A stretch of DNA of 47,129 nucleotides from Promethearchaeia archaeon (GCA_029856125.1 JAHQWJ010000034.1:1-47129); one strand, 5' to 3'; positions 1 to 10,396 are shown, numbered from the stretch's first letter. Notes: generated by a model not told the origin, from the sequence alone. Numbers and translations: made by a program.

Positions 1-19
1 AAATTATTAGAAAAAGGAT

Positions 20-1348
20 TTAATAAAACTTCAAATATTCATACGCTTTATTAGAAGTTTGGAAACAGTATTTAATCTCTTGAAAATCCTTTTTAAATTC
101 AGCGACCTCTTGTTTAACTTTTTGAGGATCTTTTTTGTTGATTAGTAATTCTTTAAAAAATTCTGCAATATCAACCATTTCACTTTTTCCCATTCCAAGG
201 CGGGTGATTTCGGAAGTTCCTAATCGTAAACCACCAGGGTTCATATAGTGTCTTCCCTGACTAATATCCCATGGTAGAAGGTTTCTGTTTATAATGATAT
301 TCGCTTCCTCTACTAATCTTTCAATATCCCCTCCTAGGCCGATGGTTTTTTCGAAATTTGTAATATCAATAACAATCTGGTGAGATTCCGTAAAATTTTT
401 GTGTTCCATAAGAGCATTTATGCCCCTTTCGTAAAGAGCTTGGCCTAACGCTTTAGCGTTATCAATCACTTTTTTGTGATAATCTTTCCCAAATTCTAAC
501 ATTTCAGCGTATGTAACGGCCAAACCTGCAACATTATGTAAGTGATGGTTAGATAACAAAGCTGGAAACACGTTAGGTCGTAAGGTATCAATTAAATCCT
601 CCCTATCTGATAAAAGTGTTCCATGTTGGGGTCCTGGAAGCGTTTTATGAGTGCTGAGTGTCATTACATCTGCTCCTTCTCTTAAAGGGTCTTGAAAATA
701 ACCAGATCCTATTAACCCGGCCACATGTGCAGCGTCATAACCCACATTCGCCCCTACATCTTTTGCTACTTCACTTAGTTCTTTAACAGGGTGAGGAAAG
801 AGAAATACGGAACCTCCAAATAAAATTAATTCCGGTTTGAACTCCCTTATAATTTTTGCTGTAGCATCCGGATCGATGTTCATCTCGTCATTATTAAATG
901 CCATGTATTCGATATTCAACCCACGTACGGTTCCAGCAGTTCCATAAATCGCCATACCACTTTTTGTGAATTTAGGTGCGTGAGAAATGTGTCCTCCTTT
1001 TGGTATGGGCATTATTAGCATTTTTCCATTATTTGCTGATGTAAACGCATTATACATTGCTAAATTTGCTACAACTCCAGAAATGGGTCGTACATCTGCG
1101 TGGACGCAATTAAAATACTCTTTTGCAAGCTCCATACATATATCTTCAACTAAATCAATATACTTACATCCCGCATAAACCCGTTGTCCGACCCATCCTT
1201 CTGCGTATCTGTGAGAAAAATCGCTATTACAAGCTTCATCTACGGCAGGGCTGGTAATATTCTCTGACGCAATAAGTGGGATTGATTTACTAAACAATTC
1301 ATTATGTTCGATGAGTATATTCCTAATTTCTTCTACTCTCTTATTCAA
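20..1348 (-). CDS. glyA: Serine hydroxymethyltransferase (archaeal type)
   Basis: LIASEN, RYAEG..R.Y.GC, GGHISH, YDAAHVAGLI, PLP-lysine motif STHKTLPGPQ, GLRLGTSE; TTG start. Confidence 0.97.
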   Translation of the reverse strand: MNKRVEEIRNILIEHNELFSKSIPLIASENITSPAVDEACNSDFSHRYAEGWVGQRVYAGCKYIDLVEDICMELAKEYFNCVHADVRPISGVVANLAMYNAFTSANNGKMLIMPIPKGGHISHAPKFTKSGMAIYGTAGTVRGLNIEYMAFNNDEMNIDPDATAKIIREFKPELILFGGSVFLFPHPVKELSEVAKDVGANVGYDAAHVAGLIGSGYFQDPLREGADVMTLSTHKTLPGPQHGTLLSDREDLIDTLRPNVFPALLSNHHLHNVAGLAVTYAEMLEFGKDYHKKVIDNAKALGQALYERGINALMEHKNFTESHQIVIDITNFEKTIGLGGDIERLVEEANIIINRNLLPWDISQGRHYMNPGGLRLGTSEITRLGMGKSEMVDIAEFFKELLINKKDPQKVKQEVAEFKKDFQEIKYCFQTSNKAYEYLKFY

Positions 1349-1601
1349 AAAAAATCAACACATTCTCTATTTTAAATTCAATTCTTAAAAAGAAATAAAA
1401 TTCCAATGGTTTTAAACCTTTTGACAAATCCCTAGGTTGCCAGAAGCGGAGTAGGTAAAATTTAACGTTATTTAATTGGAATGTTTTAGAGGAAATGGTG
1501 ATCTTTATTTTATAATTCGCATAGAAGCGATACAATTAGTGTAATAAAGCCTTATTTTCCCTCAAAATTTTTAAAAACAATTTAATAATCAAAACTTGTG
1601 G

Positions 1602-2528
1602 TTATGCGTTGTAACCCTTAGAGCTCTCAAGGATTAATCTAGCTTCATACAAGTTTAATTTTCTACCTGCCTTTTGTTTTTCAAGAGCAACAGCGAGTTT
1701 TTCTTGTTTCAATTTTTCCAACTCAAAATTTCTATGTGTGGACGGTCTTTTGGAGGTTCTCGGTTTTTTGGAAGAATATTTAGATTGTCTTCCTTTAGAT
1801 TCTTTTTTCCTCTTATTCATAACGCGAAGGAATTTTTCATGGTAAGCATCAGCCGCTTTTTTGTTTTCAATCAAATTTTCTTCAAGAGCTTTCTTTTCCT
1901 CTCTTAACTCGTTCACGGTTTGATAAATTTCAAGCATTTTAGCGTGATAATCTTGGGATTTGGTTGACCATTTATTTAACTGTTCATAGATTTTGTTTAA
2001 GTTAATTTTAACAATTTGAATCTTACGGTCAATTTTAAATGAATCGCTATTTTGTTGTTCAGCTAAAAAATCTATTTTAATCTGCGCTAAGTCTCTAATT
2101 TGATCGACCATAGCATTTTCTTCTAAAATATCTAAATTTTCGATTTCAATCCTCCTTTCGAGATTATCGATCTTCTTCTCTATCTGTCGGACGGATATGA
2201 AATCTTTAGTATCTCTGCCTTTTTTACTCTTTTGATTAATTTTTTTTTTTTCTTCAAGAAATTTATCTAAAATCTCTTTATACTCATTTTTTTTGTCTTT
2301 TAGCTTTTTAACCTTGTTATTCCAATAATCCCTTTTTTTTTTATAGTCCTGTTTGGCAAGGTTTAAGTGATTGTCAATTTCGGTATCAATAGTTTGTAAT
2401 TTGTTAATAAAGTCCTTAGTTTTTGCATTTAAATCATCCCGCTTTTGTCTAAATTCTTCAATTTGAAGTTGCAATTCTTTAAAAGAATTTTTTGAAGTCT
2501 GGGGGATATTAGCGTTCGCTTTACTCAT
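1602..2528 (-). CDS. Conserved archaeal long coiled-coil protein (COG1340-like)
   Basis: K/E-rich heptad pattern throughout; ADAYHEKF and C-terminal ALEKQKAGRKLNLYEARLI resemble this archaeal family. Confidence 0.75.
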   Translation of the reverse strand: MSKANANIPQTSKNSFKELQLQIEEFRQKRDDLNAKTKDFINKLQTIDTEIDNHLNLAKQDYKKKRDYWNNKVKKLKDKKNEYKEILDKFLEEKKKINQKSKKGRDTKDFISVRQIEKKIDNLERRIEIENLDILEENAMVDQIRDLAQIKIDFLAEQQNSDSFKIDRKIQIVKINLNKIYEQLNKWSTKSQDYHAKMLEIYQTVNELREEKKALEENLIENKKAADAYHEKFLRVMNKRKKESKGRQSKYSSKKPRTSKRPSTHRNFELEKLKQEKLAVALEKQKAGRKLNLYEARLILESSKGYNA

Positions 2529-2736
2529 AGATTAATTCATTAACGAGTATTTATAAAAAAGGTTGCATAAACAATGATTGAGTATTTCAATATATCATTT
2601 ATTTTATATTTTATTAAAACCGCTTGATGCGTTTGTCTTAACGCGTGAAAAAAATTACAATTTTGTAAAATTATCCTTGCAAATTTATTTGGTTTAATAT
2701 AAATGCTAAATAAAAAATACAGATTTATTAGAATTG

Positions 2737-3618
2737 ATGGAAATGAAAGATGATTTAATAAAACCGAACGATTTAATTTATTTAATCCTTGATGCAAGAA
2801 GAAAATGGTTAGTAAAAGTAGAAGAAGGAAGAGAATTCCAAACTCATAAAGGAACAGTGAAATTTGATGATGTTATAGGTAAACCATTCGGTTCTGTAAT
2901 ATTTTCTCAGCCTTACGAATCTCAAGGATATAAGTTCTATCTTCTTAAGCCGTTACCGTCTGATTATGTAATTTATATGAGTCGTAAAACTCAAATAATA
3001 TATCCAGAAGATGCAGGATTAATTTTGATCTATACTGGGATTAGCCCTGGTAGCGTAGTCATTGAAGCTGGATGTGGTTCTGGGGCATTAACATGTATTT
3101 TAGGAAACTATGTTAGACCGAATGGGTACATTTTTTCGTACGATGTAAGAAAACAAAGTTTAAAAAAGGCAAAAAACAATGTTCTTAAGGCGGGGTTAAG
3201 TGAATTCGTATCGATTCAATACGGCGACATTGTAAATGACGACTTAGGACATGAAAATGTTGACTCAGTTGTTTTAGATATGCCACAACCGTGGATGGCG
3301 ATTGAGAAAGTCAAACAATATCTCAAACTTAGTGGAACTTTGGTATCGTTTTCGCCCGCGATAGAGCAAGTGAAAAAAACAACTTTTGCGCTGAGGGAGA
3401 ACGACTTTTACGAGATAAATACTTACGAATTAATAAAAAGGAAATATCAGGTGAAAAGTAACGCGACTCATCCAGAAGTAAGAATGATTGGTCATACAGG
3501 TTATATGACTTTTGCACGAAAGATTCAAGATGTTAAAAATCCTTACAGAGCGCGGAAACCAAAACAGAAGGAATATGTGAAGCTGAATGGAATGCCTTTA
3601 AGTGGTGAGAATTTGTAA
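2737..3618 (+). CDS. trmI: tRNA (adenine-57/58-N1)-methyltransferase
   Basis: FQTHKG N-domain, RKTQIIYPED, EAGCGSGALT, LDMPQPW, FSPAIEQV, HP..RMIGHTGY; start ATG 2737 or 2743. Confidence 0.95.
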   Translation: MEMKDDLIKPNDLIYLILDARRKWLVKVEEGREFQTHKGTVKFDDVIGKPFGSVIFSQPYESQGYKFYLLKPLPSDYVIYMSRKTQIIYPEDAGLILIYTGISPGSVVIEAGCGSGALTCILGNYVRPNGYIFSYDVRKQSLKKAKNNVLKAGLSEFVSIQYGDIVNDDLGHENVDSVVLDMPQPWMAIEKVKQYLKLSGTLVSFSPAIEQVKKTTFALRENDFYEINTYELIKRKYQVKSNATHPEVRMIGHTGYMTFARKIQDVKNPYRARKPKQKEYVKLNGMPLSGENL

Positions 3619-3953
3619 TGATAGAATACAGTGATTTTGCAAAATTAGATATGAGGGTTGGTTTAATAAAACAATGTGAAAAAGTGCCAAAATCTAAAAA
3701 TCTTTTCAAGCTAATGATTAATTGCGGAGAGAAAGAAAAAAGACAGATTATTACTGGCATTTCACAATTTTATTCGCCAGAGGAACTGGTTAATAGGAAA
3801 GTTGTTGTTCTAGTAAATCTTAAACCAAAAAGAATTATGGGATTAGAAAGTCAAGGGATGCTTTTAGCGGCAGATTTAAACAGCGAACCGTTCTTGCTAA
3901 AAATAGATGAAAGAAACGGTAAAAATATCCCTCCTGGAAGTATTATAAGGTAA
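3618..3953 (+). CDS. Stand-alone tRNA-binding OB-fold protein (MetG C-terminal/Trbp111/CsaA family)
   Basis: DFAKLDMRVG, RQIITGI, NLKPKRIMGLESQGMLLAA, PPGS; TAATG overlap with trmI. Confidence 0.92.
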   Translation: MIEYSDFAKLDMRVGLIKQCEKVPKSKNLFKLMINCGEKEKRQIITGISQFYSPEELVNRKVVVLVNLKPKRIMGLESQGMLLAADLNSEPFLLKIDERNGKNIPPGSIIR

Positions 3954-4373
3954 TTAGAATCCTTTTAACTTAACGCCAGTTTGCATTACCTTCTTTTTCT
4001 TATACCTTTCGGTCATAAAATAATGCTTTTTTTTATCTGGTAAAATGTTAATATACTTCCTTAGTATATCCTCAACGAAAATTTTTGTCGTTTTATTTGG
4101 AATTTTATTCGGATTTGAGAGGTTTGCTAGAATCTCCTTGTTTTTGGCATTAGGGGTTAGACCAATATTTTTTATTGGTATATGAAAGGAATGTACAAAC
4201 CATCCACTACTTTTCTCTTCGTGAACAATTACTCGTAAAATATTCGCTTCCTCTTTTTTTATCTTAATATCCACTACTTTCTTTCCCGGTCGTACGATGA
4301 TCGTTGCATAAATTGGGAGGTTATTTTTAGGATCGTGAATCTTCTTTAAGAATTCCTTTAACTTTTCACTCAT
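3954..4373 (-). CDS. Hypothetical basic protein
   Basis: 139-aa ATG ORF filling the gap between recognised genes; no motif recognised. Confidence 0.65.
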   Translation of the reverse strand: MSEKLKEFLKKIHDPKNNLPIYATIIVRPGKKVVDIKIKKEEANILRVIVHEEKSSGWFVHSFHIPIKNIGLTPNAKNKEILANLSNPNKIPNKTTKIFVEDILRKYINILPDKKKHYFMTERYKKKKVMQTGVKLKGF

Positions 4374-4441
4374 TTTACTTTAAAAAGGTTGGATAATTAA
4401 ATAAATTTATTACTAAAAATTATGAATTGGAAGTAAAAATT

Positions 4442-4864
4442 ATGACAGTTTTATTGGAAACATTTGAAATAAAAACTAAAGCTTATTACGAAGCAAAAGA
4501 TATTACACCTCAAGTTCAAAATGCGCTCGAAAGAAGTGGGTTGAAAAACGGCATCGTAAATGTTCATGTCGCAGGTTCCACAGGAGCAATATCTACTGTT
4601 GAATACGAACCAGGTTTAGTCCAACACGATATTGAAGATTTTTTAGAAAAAATTATCCCTTATAAAGAAAATTATGCTCACCACAAAACCTGGCACGATT
4701 ACAACGGTGCGGGGCACTTAAGAAGCTTTCTCATTAAAACCTCACAAACATTCCCCTTTCACGATAAGAAGTTAATCCTTGGGAGTTGGCAAAATATCAT
4801 TTTCATTGAAAACGACGAAAAACCTAGACATCGTACAATTTATGTAACATTAATAGGGGAATAA
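4442..4864 (+). CDS. yjbQ: YjbQ/UPF0047 family protein (secondary thiamine-phosphate synthase-like)
   Basis: DITPQV, GSTGAISTVEYEPGL, Y.HH.TWHD.NG.GHLRS, LGSWQNI; ATG 4442 preferred over TTG 4427. Confidence 0.9.
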   Translation: MTVLLETFEIKTKAYYEAKDITPQVQNALERSGLKNGIVNVHVAGSTGAISTVEYEPGLVQHDIEDFLEKIIPYKENYAHHKTWHDYNGAGHLRSFLIKTSQTFPFHDKKLILGSWQNIIFIENDEKPRHRTIYVTLIGE

Positions 4865-4969
4865 TGCAATTTTTTCTTTATCTGTCCGAATCAAACTAAG
4901 CTATTTGAAATTGTCGAAATAGATTATAACTATTTTATCCTTATTTTAAAAAGAAAAGGAGTAAAAAAT

Positions 4970-5191
4970 TTAGATTCTTTCGGAAAATTTATTAAATTCA
5001 TTGACTAACAAGTTATAAACTTCTCTACGGCGAACATTTTCGAACTTATCAATCATTTTTAGGATTGTTTTGTGTCGGTCTTGTATCATACTTTTAAAAA
5101 TGGGAATCTTACGAACCACATCATCAAATTTATTTTTTTGGATAATTTGATAGTTTAGATATTCCAAAAAATTGCTTTCTTCTTCTTTCAA
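4970..5191 (-). CDS. Small hypothetical protein
   Basis: 73-aa TTG ORF with GAGG upstream; helical composition; no motif. Confidence 0.5.
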   Translation of the reverse strand: MKEEESNFLEYLNYQIIQKNKFDDVVRKIPIFKSMIQDRHKTILKMIDKFENVRRREVYNLLVNEFNKFSERI

Positions 5192-5446
5192 TTAAATCCT
5201 CTTTTTTAGATTAGTATATTTACCAGATTGAAATAATAATCTATAAAAAATAGTAGTGTCATGTATGTATTTTTCAAATAATATCGGAGGATTTAGATAT
5301 TTGGATGTATAGTAGAAAAAGAACAAAAAATTAAAAATAATGAACTTCACTTACAATATAAAAAATACATTAAATTAAGTTTAAAAGCAATAAAAGTTTT
5401 TTTTTTTAAATTTTAGATTATCATTAATTAAGATAGTATCGATATT

Positions 5447-6382
5447 ATGCAACAATTTATTAAAGTTATCATTGCAGGTTTGGATAACGCAGGGAAAACC
5501 TCCATCTTAACTGCTTTGAACAAAAAATACAATTTCCATAAAGATATAATATCCCTTACGCCAACTATTCGAGTTGAATACCAAGCGACAGAATTTCTAA
5601 AAAATCGCGTAGTTTTTTGGGATATGGGTGGTCAAGAAAAATATAGAAAATTATATCAAAAAAAGCAAGATCTTTATTTTTCTGGAACAGATTTATTAGT
5701 ATACGTCGTTGATATTCAGGATTCTGAAAGATTTGAAACTTCTATGGCTTATTTGGATATGATTTTGAAGAATTTTAAGAAGCATAAGATGGATGTTCCG
5801 CTTATAATAGCCTTTCATAAATTCGACCCAGAATTCATAGGAAATGAACAAATGGTTGAGCAGATAGAAGCTTTGAGGAAGCATATACTTAAACTATACC
5901 CCTCCTTTAGAATTTTATTTCAACAAACCTCAATTTACGATATTATATCAATAGTGCAGCTCATATCATACGGATTATCAGTGTTTGATGAAAATTTTTT
6001 TGATTTATCCGAACTGTTAGAGAAATCTCTCAAGGAATTCGATAGCGAGTCTTTAATCTTATTTGACAAAAATGGGATTATCATAAGCGAGTATTATAGG
6101 GAAATCGTTGAGCCAGAGATTTATGTAGAACTTATAGAATCAATAAAAGAGCACCTATTTTTACTGAAAAGGATGCAAGAAGAATCTCACGAAACAGATT
6201 ATGCGTTTTCGTCGATAGGAGATGAATTGATATCTTATTTGCATCGAATTGAAATCAATAACGAATCCATATTCGTGTCTGTAATAATTAAAGAAAAATT
6301 AAAGGATTTACTTCTAGAAAAGTTCTCAGAATTTACGCTTGAATTAATAGAGTTGATAGAGCCCTTAATTAAAGGAAAATAA
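5447..6382 (+). CDS. Small GTPase (Arf/Rag-like) with C-terminal roadblock/longin-like domain
   Basis: G1 GLDNAGKTS, G2 PT, G3 WDMGGQ, G4 HKFD, G5 TSIYD; C-terminal LILFDKNGIIISEY. Confidence 0.88.
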   Translation: MQQFIKVIIAGLDNAGKTSILTALNKKYNFHKDIISLTPTIRVEYQATEFLKNRVVFWDMGGQEKYRKLYQKKQDLYFSGTDLLVYVVDIQDSERFETSMAYLDMILKNFKKHKMDVPLIIAFHKFDPEFIGNEQMVEQIEALRKHILKLYPSFRILFQQTSIYDIISIVQLISYGLSVFDENFFDLSELLEKSLKEFDSESLILFDKNGIIISEYYREIVEPEIYVELIESIKEHLFLLKRMQEESHETDYAFSSIGDELISYLHRIEINNESIFVSVIIKEKLKDLLLEKFSEFTLELIELIEPLIKGK

Positions 6383-6389
6383 ATTTTTT

Positions 6390-7478
6390 CTAAACGATAC
6401 CAAGTAGTTCTCGAGCTTTATCAACTAGTTTCTCCTTCTTTTCCTGATGTTTTTTTATAAATTTTAATACTTTTTCCGCACATTGAGCTTTATGTTCCCC
6501 ACAAAGTAATTCTCCCTTAACACATCTTTCGAATTCATCTGCTAGAATTTCATCATTCTCTTCAAAATGATACATTAGCATTTTATAAACCATACACTTT
6601 TGAGGTTCACCACCAAGTTCTTGCTGTTCTTTCTTGTTCTTCCGCCCGCCTGTTAGAGCCCCTTTTACTTTTTTCTCGATAGAGTCTAAAGATTCGTTGA
6701 AAGTAAACGAACTATTCGGATTTCTTTTAGCCATTTTATCTGATCCATCAATCCCCGGTAATAGATAGTGATAAGTAGCACCAGGTAAGAAAAAGTTTTT
6801 GTAATACCTTCGTGTGAGGTCTCTTGTAAGTCTTATATGTGGATCTTGATCTATTCCGACGGGAACTACCGTAGGTCGAGGCCCTTCTCTAACTTGGGGG
6901 AGTACTATATCTCCTACTTGAACGAGTGCTGCTAAATAGAGTCCGAATGTTTTCTCCCCATAGATTGCATTCAACATGTTTTGGGTTACTAATCTACTTA
7001 CTTTAAAGCATATATCTTTAACCAAGGGCTCTTTAGATTGCCTCCAAATATAAGCCTTGTCAGGAGAAGGGTCTAAACCAAACGCTAAAATATCTGCTAC
7101 ATTATCTATCGCATTTGGTTCTGCTTTGTCATAAGGTATCCCATTATCTTCCCAGGATTCTATATCTGCGATACCATAATATACTTTACCTCCCATTTTT
7201 TGAAACTCAACAATTTCTAAAGCAGTTGTTGACGTTCCTAAGTGGTAAGGTCCAGAAGGTTTTATACCGCTCATCACAGCCCATGGTTGATTTTCTTCAA
7301 TTGCTTTAAACACTAATCCTAAATCTCTATGACCAAAAATGATTTTCCTTCTGAAAAATCGATTATTTAACAATTTTTGTCTCAAATTTTCGCTTATATC
7401 TTCGATTCCAAATTCTTTCTTTATTCTCTCGTAATCCTCATCTTCTACAGGATTAGAGGAACCCCAAGGATCAAGCAT
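6390..7478 (-). CDS. trpS: Tryptophan--tRNA ligase (archaeal type)
   Basis: LDPWG, FFRRKIIFGHRD, SGIKPSGPYHLG, VPVGIDQDPHIRLTRD, ALTGGR..GGEP..C, GELLCGEHK. Confidence 0.96.
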   Translation of the reverse strand: MLDPWGSSNPVEDEDYERIKKEFGIEDISENLRQKLLNNRFFRRKIIFGHRDLGLVFKAIEENQPWAVMSGIKPSGPYHLGTSTTALEIVEFQKMGGKVYYGIADIESWEDNGIPYDKAEPNAIDNVADILAFGLDPSPDKAYIWRQSKEPLVKDICFKVSRLVTQNMLNAIYGEKTFGLYLAALVQVGDIVLPQVREGPRPTVVPVGIDQDPHIRLTRDLTRRYYKNFFLPGATYHYLLPGIDGSDKMAKRNPNSSFTFNESLDSIEKKVKGALTGGRKNKKEQQELGGEPQKCMVYKMLMYHFEENDEILADEFERCVKGELLCGEHKAQCAEKVLKFIKKHQEKKEKLVDKARELLGIV

Positions 7479-7702
7479 TTTTTATAATTAACTCGTTTAT
7501 ATCGTAGGTACAATTTAATTGATCAATATAAAGTAATATCCCAATTAAAAATTTGGGTTCAGATTGAGGCTATATAATTGGTTGAATAATAATTTAAGCA
7601 TTAATGTTATTTTTTAACTTCTATTTGTTAACGGTATTTGGTTTTACTTGAAAGGATATAAGGTCAACATATAATAATTCTTTTAACCTTGTTAATATTA
7701 AG

Positions 7703-8113
7703 ATGACTGAAAACGATACGCTACAAGAAGAGGAATGGAAGGAAAAACTAACGGAAGAACAATATCGCGTTTTAAGACTAAAGGGGACTGAACGCCCTTT
7801 TACCGGCAAATATTGGAACAATAAACAAAAAGGCATTTACTACTGTGCTGGTTGTGGGACTCCATTATTTGACTCAAGCTCGAAATTTGAATCAGGATGT
7901 GGGTGGCCAAGCTTTTCTAATCCCATTAAAGATTCTAAAATTAAAGAAGAAACCGATATTAATTTCAATATGAGAAGAACGGAAGTTTTATGCGAAAAAT
8001 GCGGAGGACATTTAGGACATGTGTTTAAGGACGGTCCTAAACCAATGGGTCTACGATACTGTATTAACTCGATATCATTAGATTTTACACCTAAAAATAA
8101 GGACGAAAAGTAG
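7703..8113 (+). CDS. msrB: Peptide-methionine (R)-S-oxide reductase
   Basis: GTERPFTG, two CxxC zinc pairs, [27 protein letters not shown]. Confidence 0.97.
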   Translation: MTENDTLQEEEWKEKLTEEQYRVLRLKGTERPFTGKYWNNKQKGIYYCAGCGTPLFDSSSKFESGCGWPSFSNPIKDSKIKEETDINFNMRRTEVLCEKCGGHLGHVFKDGPKPMGLRYCINSISLDFTPKNKDEK

Positions 8114-8129
8114 AGGACCAACTAATTTT

Positions 8130-8585
8130 TTACAATATAACAATCGAGGAATTTTTATATTCTTTTAAAACCATGTTAGAGTTAGTTTTGGTTATAAATT
8201 CTTTCTCGTTTAATTCTCGGATAAAGTTATGTACATCCTGAGCTTCTTTAAACCGACAAATCAACGCCGCAGATTGTTCTCCTGTTGTGTGAAACACGGA
8301 ACAAATTTCTGGTTTGTGCGATATTTCGTCTAAGATTTCTTGCGTGTGTTTACCATCAATATTAATTCTTATTAAAAATGTTAGCTTATAGCCCAATTTC
8401 TCGTTATTAAGTTTAAGTGTATATCCTTCGATTATCTTGTTTTCCTCTAATTTCGAAATTCTATTATGAATGGTTCCAATCGAAATATTCAGTTTATCCT
8501 TAATTTCTCGATAAGACGTCTTAGCGTTTTCTTGTAAAATTTTAATAATTTCTTCGTCAATTTCATCCAAAGTTTCTTTTTTCAT
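8130..8585 (-). CDS. Lrp/AsnC family transcriptional regulator
   Basis: LDEIDEEIIKILQENAKTSYREI...TIHNRISKL wHTH plus RAM domain (HTTGE). Confidence 0.93.
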   Translation of the reverse strand: MKKETLDEIDEEIIKILQENAKTSYREIKDKLNISIGTIHNRISKLEENKIIEGYTLKLNNEKLGYKLTFLIRINIDGKHTQEILDEISHKPEICSVFHTTGEQSAALICRFKEAQDVHNFIRELNEKEFITKTNSNMVLKEYKNSSIVIL

Positions 8586-8788
8586 TTTTAATAACCCAGA
8601 AAAGTATCTTAATCTTTAAATTTTGTTCATTTGTTCAACATTACTAAAAATATTTGAAATTTATTTATAATTTTTGAAATCCACATTTTTTATTTTTAAA
8701 TGATCTCCAAATCACAAAATTCTTATAAATTGAGTCATTAAAAAATTCAAGAATTAAAAATTTTTAAAAACAAAAAAAAGGTAAAAAT

Positions 8789-10375
8789 ATGTCTGTACCG
8801 ATTATAATTCTCAAAGAAGGAACGGAAGAAACAAAAGAAAGAGAAGCTCGCATGCAAAATATTAATGCAATCAAAGCAATTACCCAAACAGTGAAATCTA
8901 CTCTTGGGCCAAAAGGCATGAATAAAATGTTGGTGGATTCTGTAGGAGATGTTACAATTACTAATGATGGTGCTGAAATACTTAAATTGCTTGATATAGA
9001 TAATGTTGCTGCAAATATGATGGTTAATATTGCCAAATCTATAGATGAAGATATTGGTGATGGCACCACAACTGCTGTCATCTTCTCAGCATCCTTATTA
9101 GAAAATGCTCTTGAGTTGATTGAACAAGGTATTCATCCAAAACCGATTACTCATGGTTACAAACTAGCAGCAGATAAGGCATTAAAGATAATAGGTGACA
9201 TTGCGGAGAAAATTTCTCCTGACGATGACAAAATACTCATGGATGCAGCGAGAACTGCTATGAATTCTAAAGATATAGTAGGTGTAAAAGACTATTTTGC
9301 GGAATTAACAGTAAAAGCCGTCAAACACATAAGTGGAGATGATGGTAATACATTTTCGAAAGTAGGCAATGTTAAAATTGTCAAAACACCTGGGAAATCA
9401 TTAAAAGAAACGGAGTTAATTAATGGCGTCTATATTCAAAAAGAAAAAGTCAATTCAACAATGCCAGATGTAATTAAAAACGCGAAAATTGCAGTTATTA
9501 GGAGAAAATTAGACATTGTAAAGACGGAGTTTGATGCGCAGATAAAAATCTCTAACCCTGCAGATATACAGAAGTTCCTCGATCAAGAAGATAAGATTCT
9601 AGTAGACTACTTGAAGATCTTTAAAGATTTAGGCGTTACTGTTATTGTCAACAACAAAGACATTTCTGACAAATTTGGAGCTTATTTGGCTAGAGAAGGA
9701 ATTGCTGCAGTTAAAAACCTTAGCGATTCTGATATGAAAGCTGTAACGAAAGCTATTGATGCTAATACAGTTGATGATCTTCATTCCTTATCTGAGGAAG
9801 ATCTAGGTTTTGCTGAAAATGTCAAGTTCGAAAAAATCGCTAAAGATGAGTATATCCTCTTTACTGGATGCAAAAATCCTAAATCTGTGTCAATACTGCT
9901 TAAAGGGGGGCTAGATAAAATTTTAAGCTCTGCAGAAATTACGTTACACGATGTTCTTTCAGTTGTTGCCAAAGTTATGGATACTAAAGAGGTCGTAGCT
10001 GGTGGTGGCGCAATTTACATTGAATTAGCAAAAAGGTTAAGGGAATTTGCTAACAATATTAGCGGTAAAGAACAACTCGCTGTAAATGCTTTTGCAATTG
10101 CTTTAGAAGAAATTCCTAAAACATTGATTAAAAATGCAGGATTAGATGAAATCGAAAATATGACAGAACTACGGGCAGCTCACAAAACTGAAAGCGATAA
10201 ATGGAAAGGGATTGATACTATAACCAACGAGATAGGAGATAATTTCGAGAAAGGTATAATTGAACCAGCAGCATTAGTTAATCATGTTATAAAAGCAGGA
10301 AGCGAATTAGCAAATCTGATTTTAAGAGTAGATAGAATTATCAGTGCTAAAGGCAGTAGACCTCCGGGATTATAA
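8789..10375 (+). CDS. Group II chaperonin (thermosome) subunit
   Basis: TLGPKGMNKMLVD, ITNDGAEIL, GDGTTT, LHD, VAGGGA, LIKNAGLD, ILRVD. Confidence 0.96.
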   Translation: MSVPIIILKEGTEETKEREARMQNINAIKAITQTVKSTLGPKGMNKMLVDSVGDVTITNDGAEILKLLDIDNVAANMMVNIAKSIDEDIGDGTTTAVIFSASLLENALELIEQGIHPKPITHGYKLAADKALKIIGDIAEKISPDDDKILMDAARTAMNSKDIVGVKDYFAELTVKAVKHISGDDGNTFSKVGNVKIVKTPGKSLKETELINGVYIQKEKVNSTMPDVIKNAKIAVIRRKLDIVKTEFDAQIKISNPADIQKFLDQEDKILVDYLKIFKDLGVTVIVNNKDISDKFGAYLAREGIAAVKNLSDSDMKAVTKAIDANTVDDLHSLSEEDLGFAENVKFEKIAKDEYILFTGCKNPKSVSILLKGGLDKILSSAEITLHDVLSVVAKVMDTKEVVAGGGAIYIELAKRLREFANNISGKEQLAVNAFAIALEEIPKTLIKNAGLDEIENMTELRAAHKTESDKWKGIDTITNEIGDNFEKGIIEPAALVNHVIKAGSELANLILRVDRIISAKGSRPPGL

Positions 10376-10396
10376 TAATTTGATTGAATATTCCAA

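Noticed and set aside
1445-1490. THF riboswitch-like start (GCGGAGTAGG...CGTTA) near glyA
   Set aside because: On the strand opposite to glyA and the remaining consensus elements are missing
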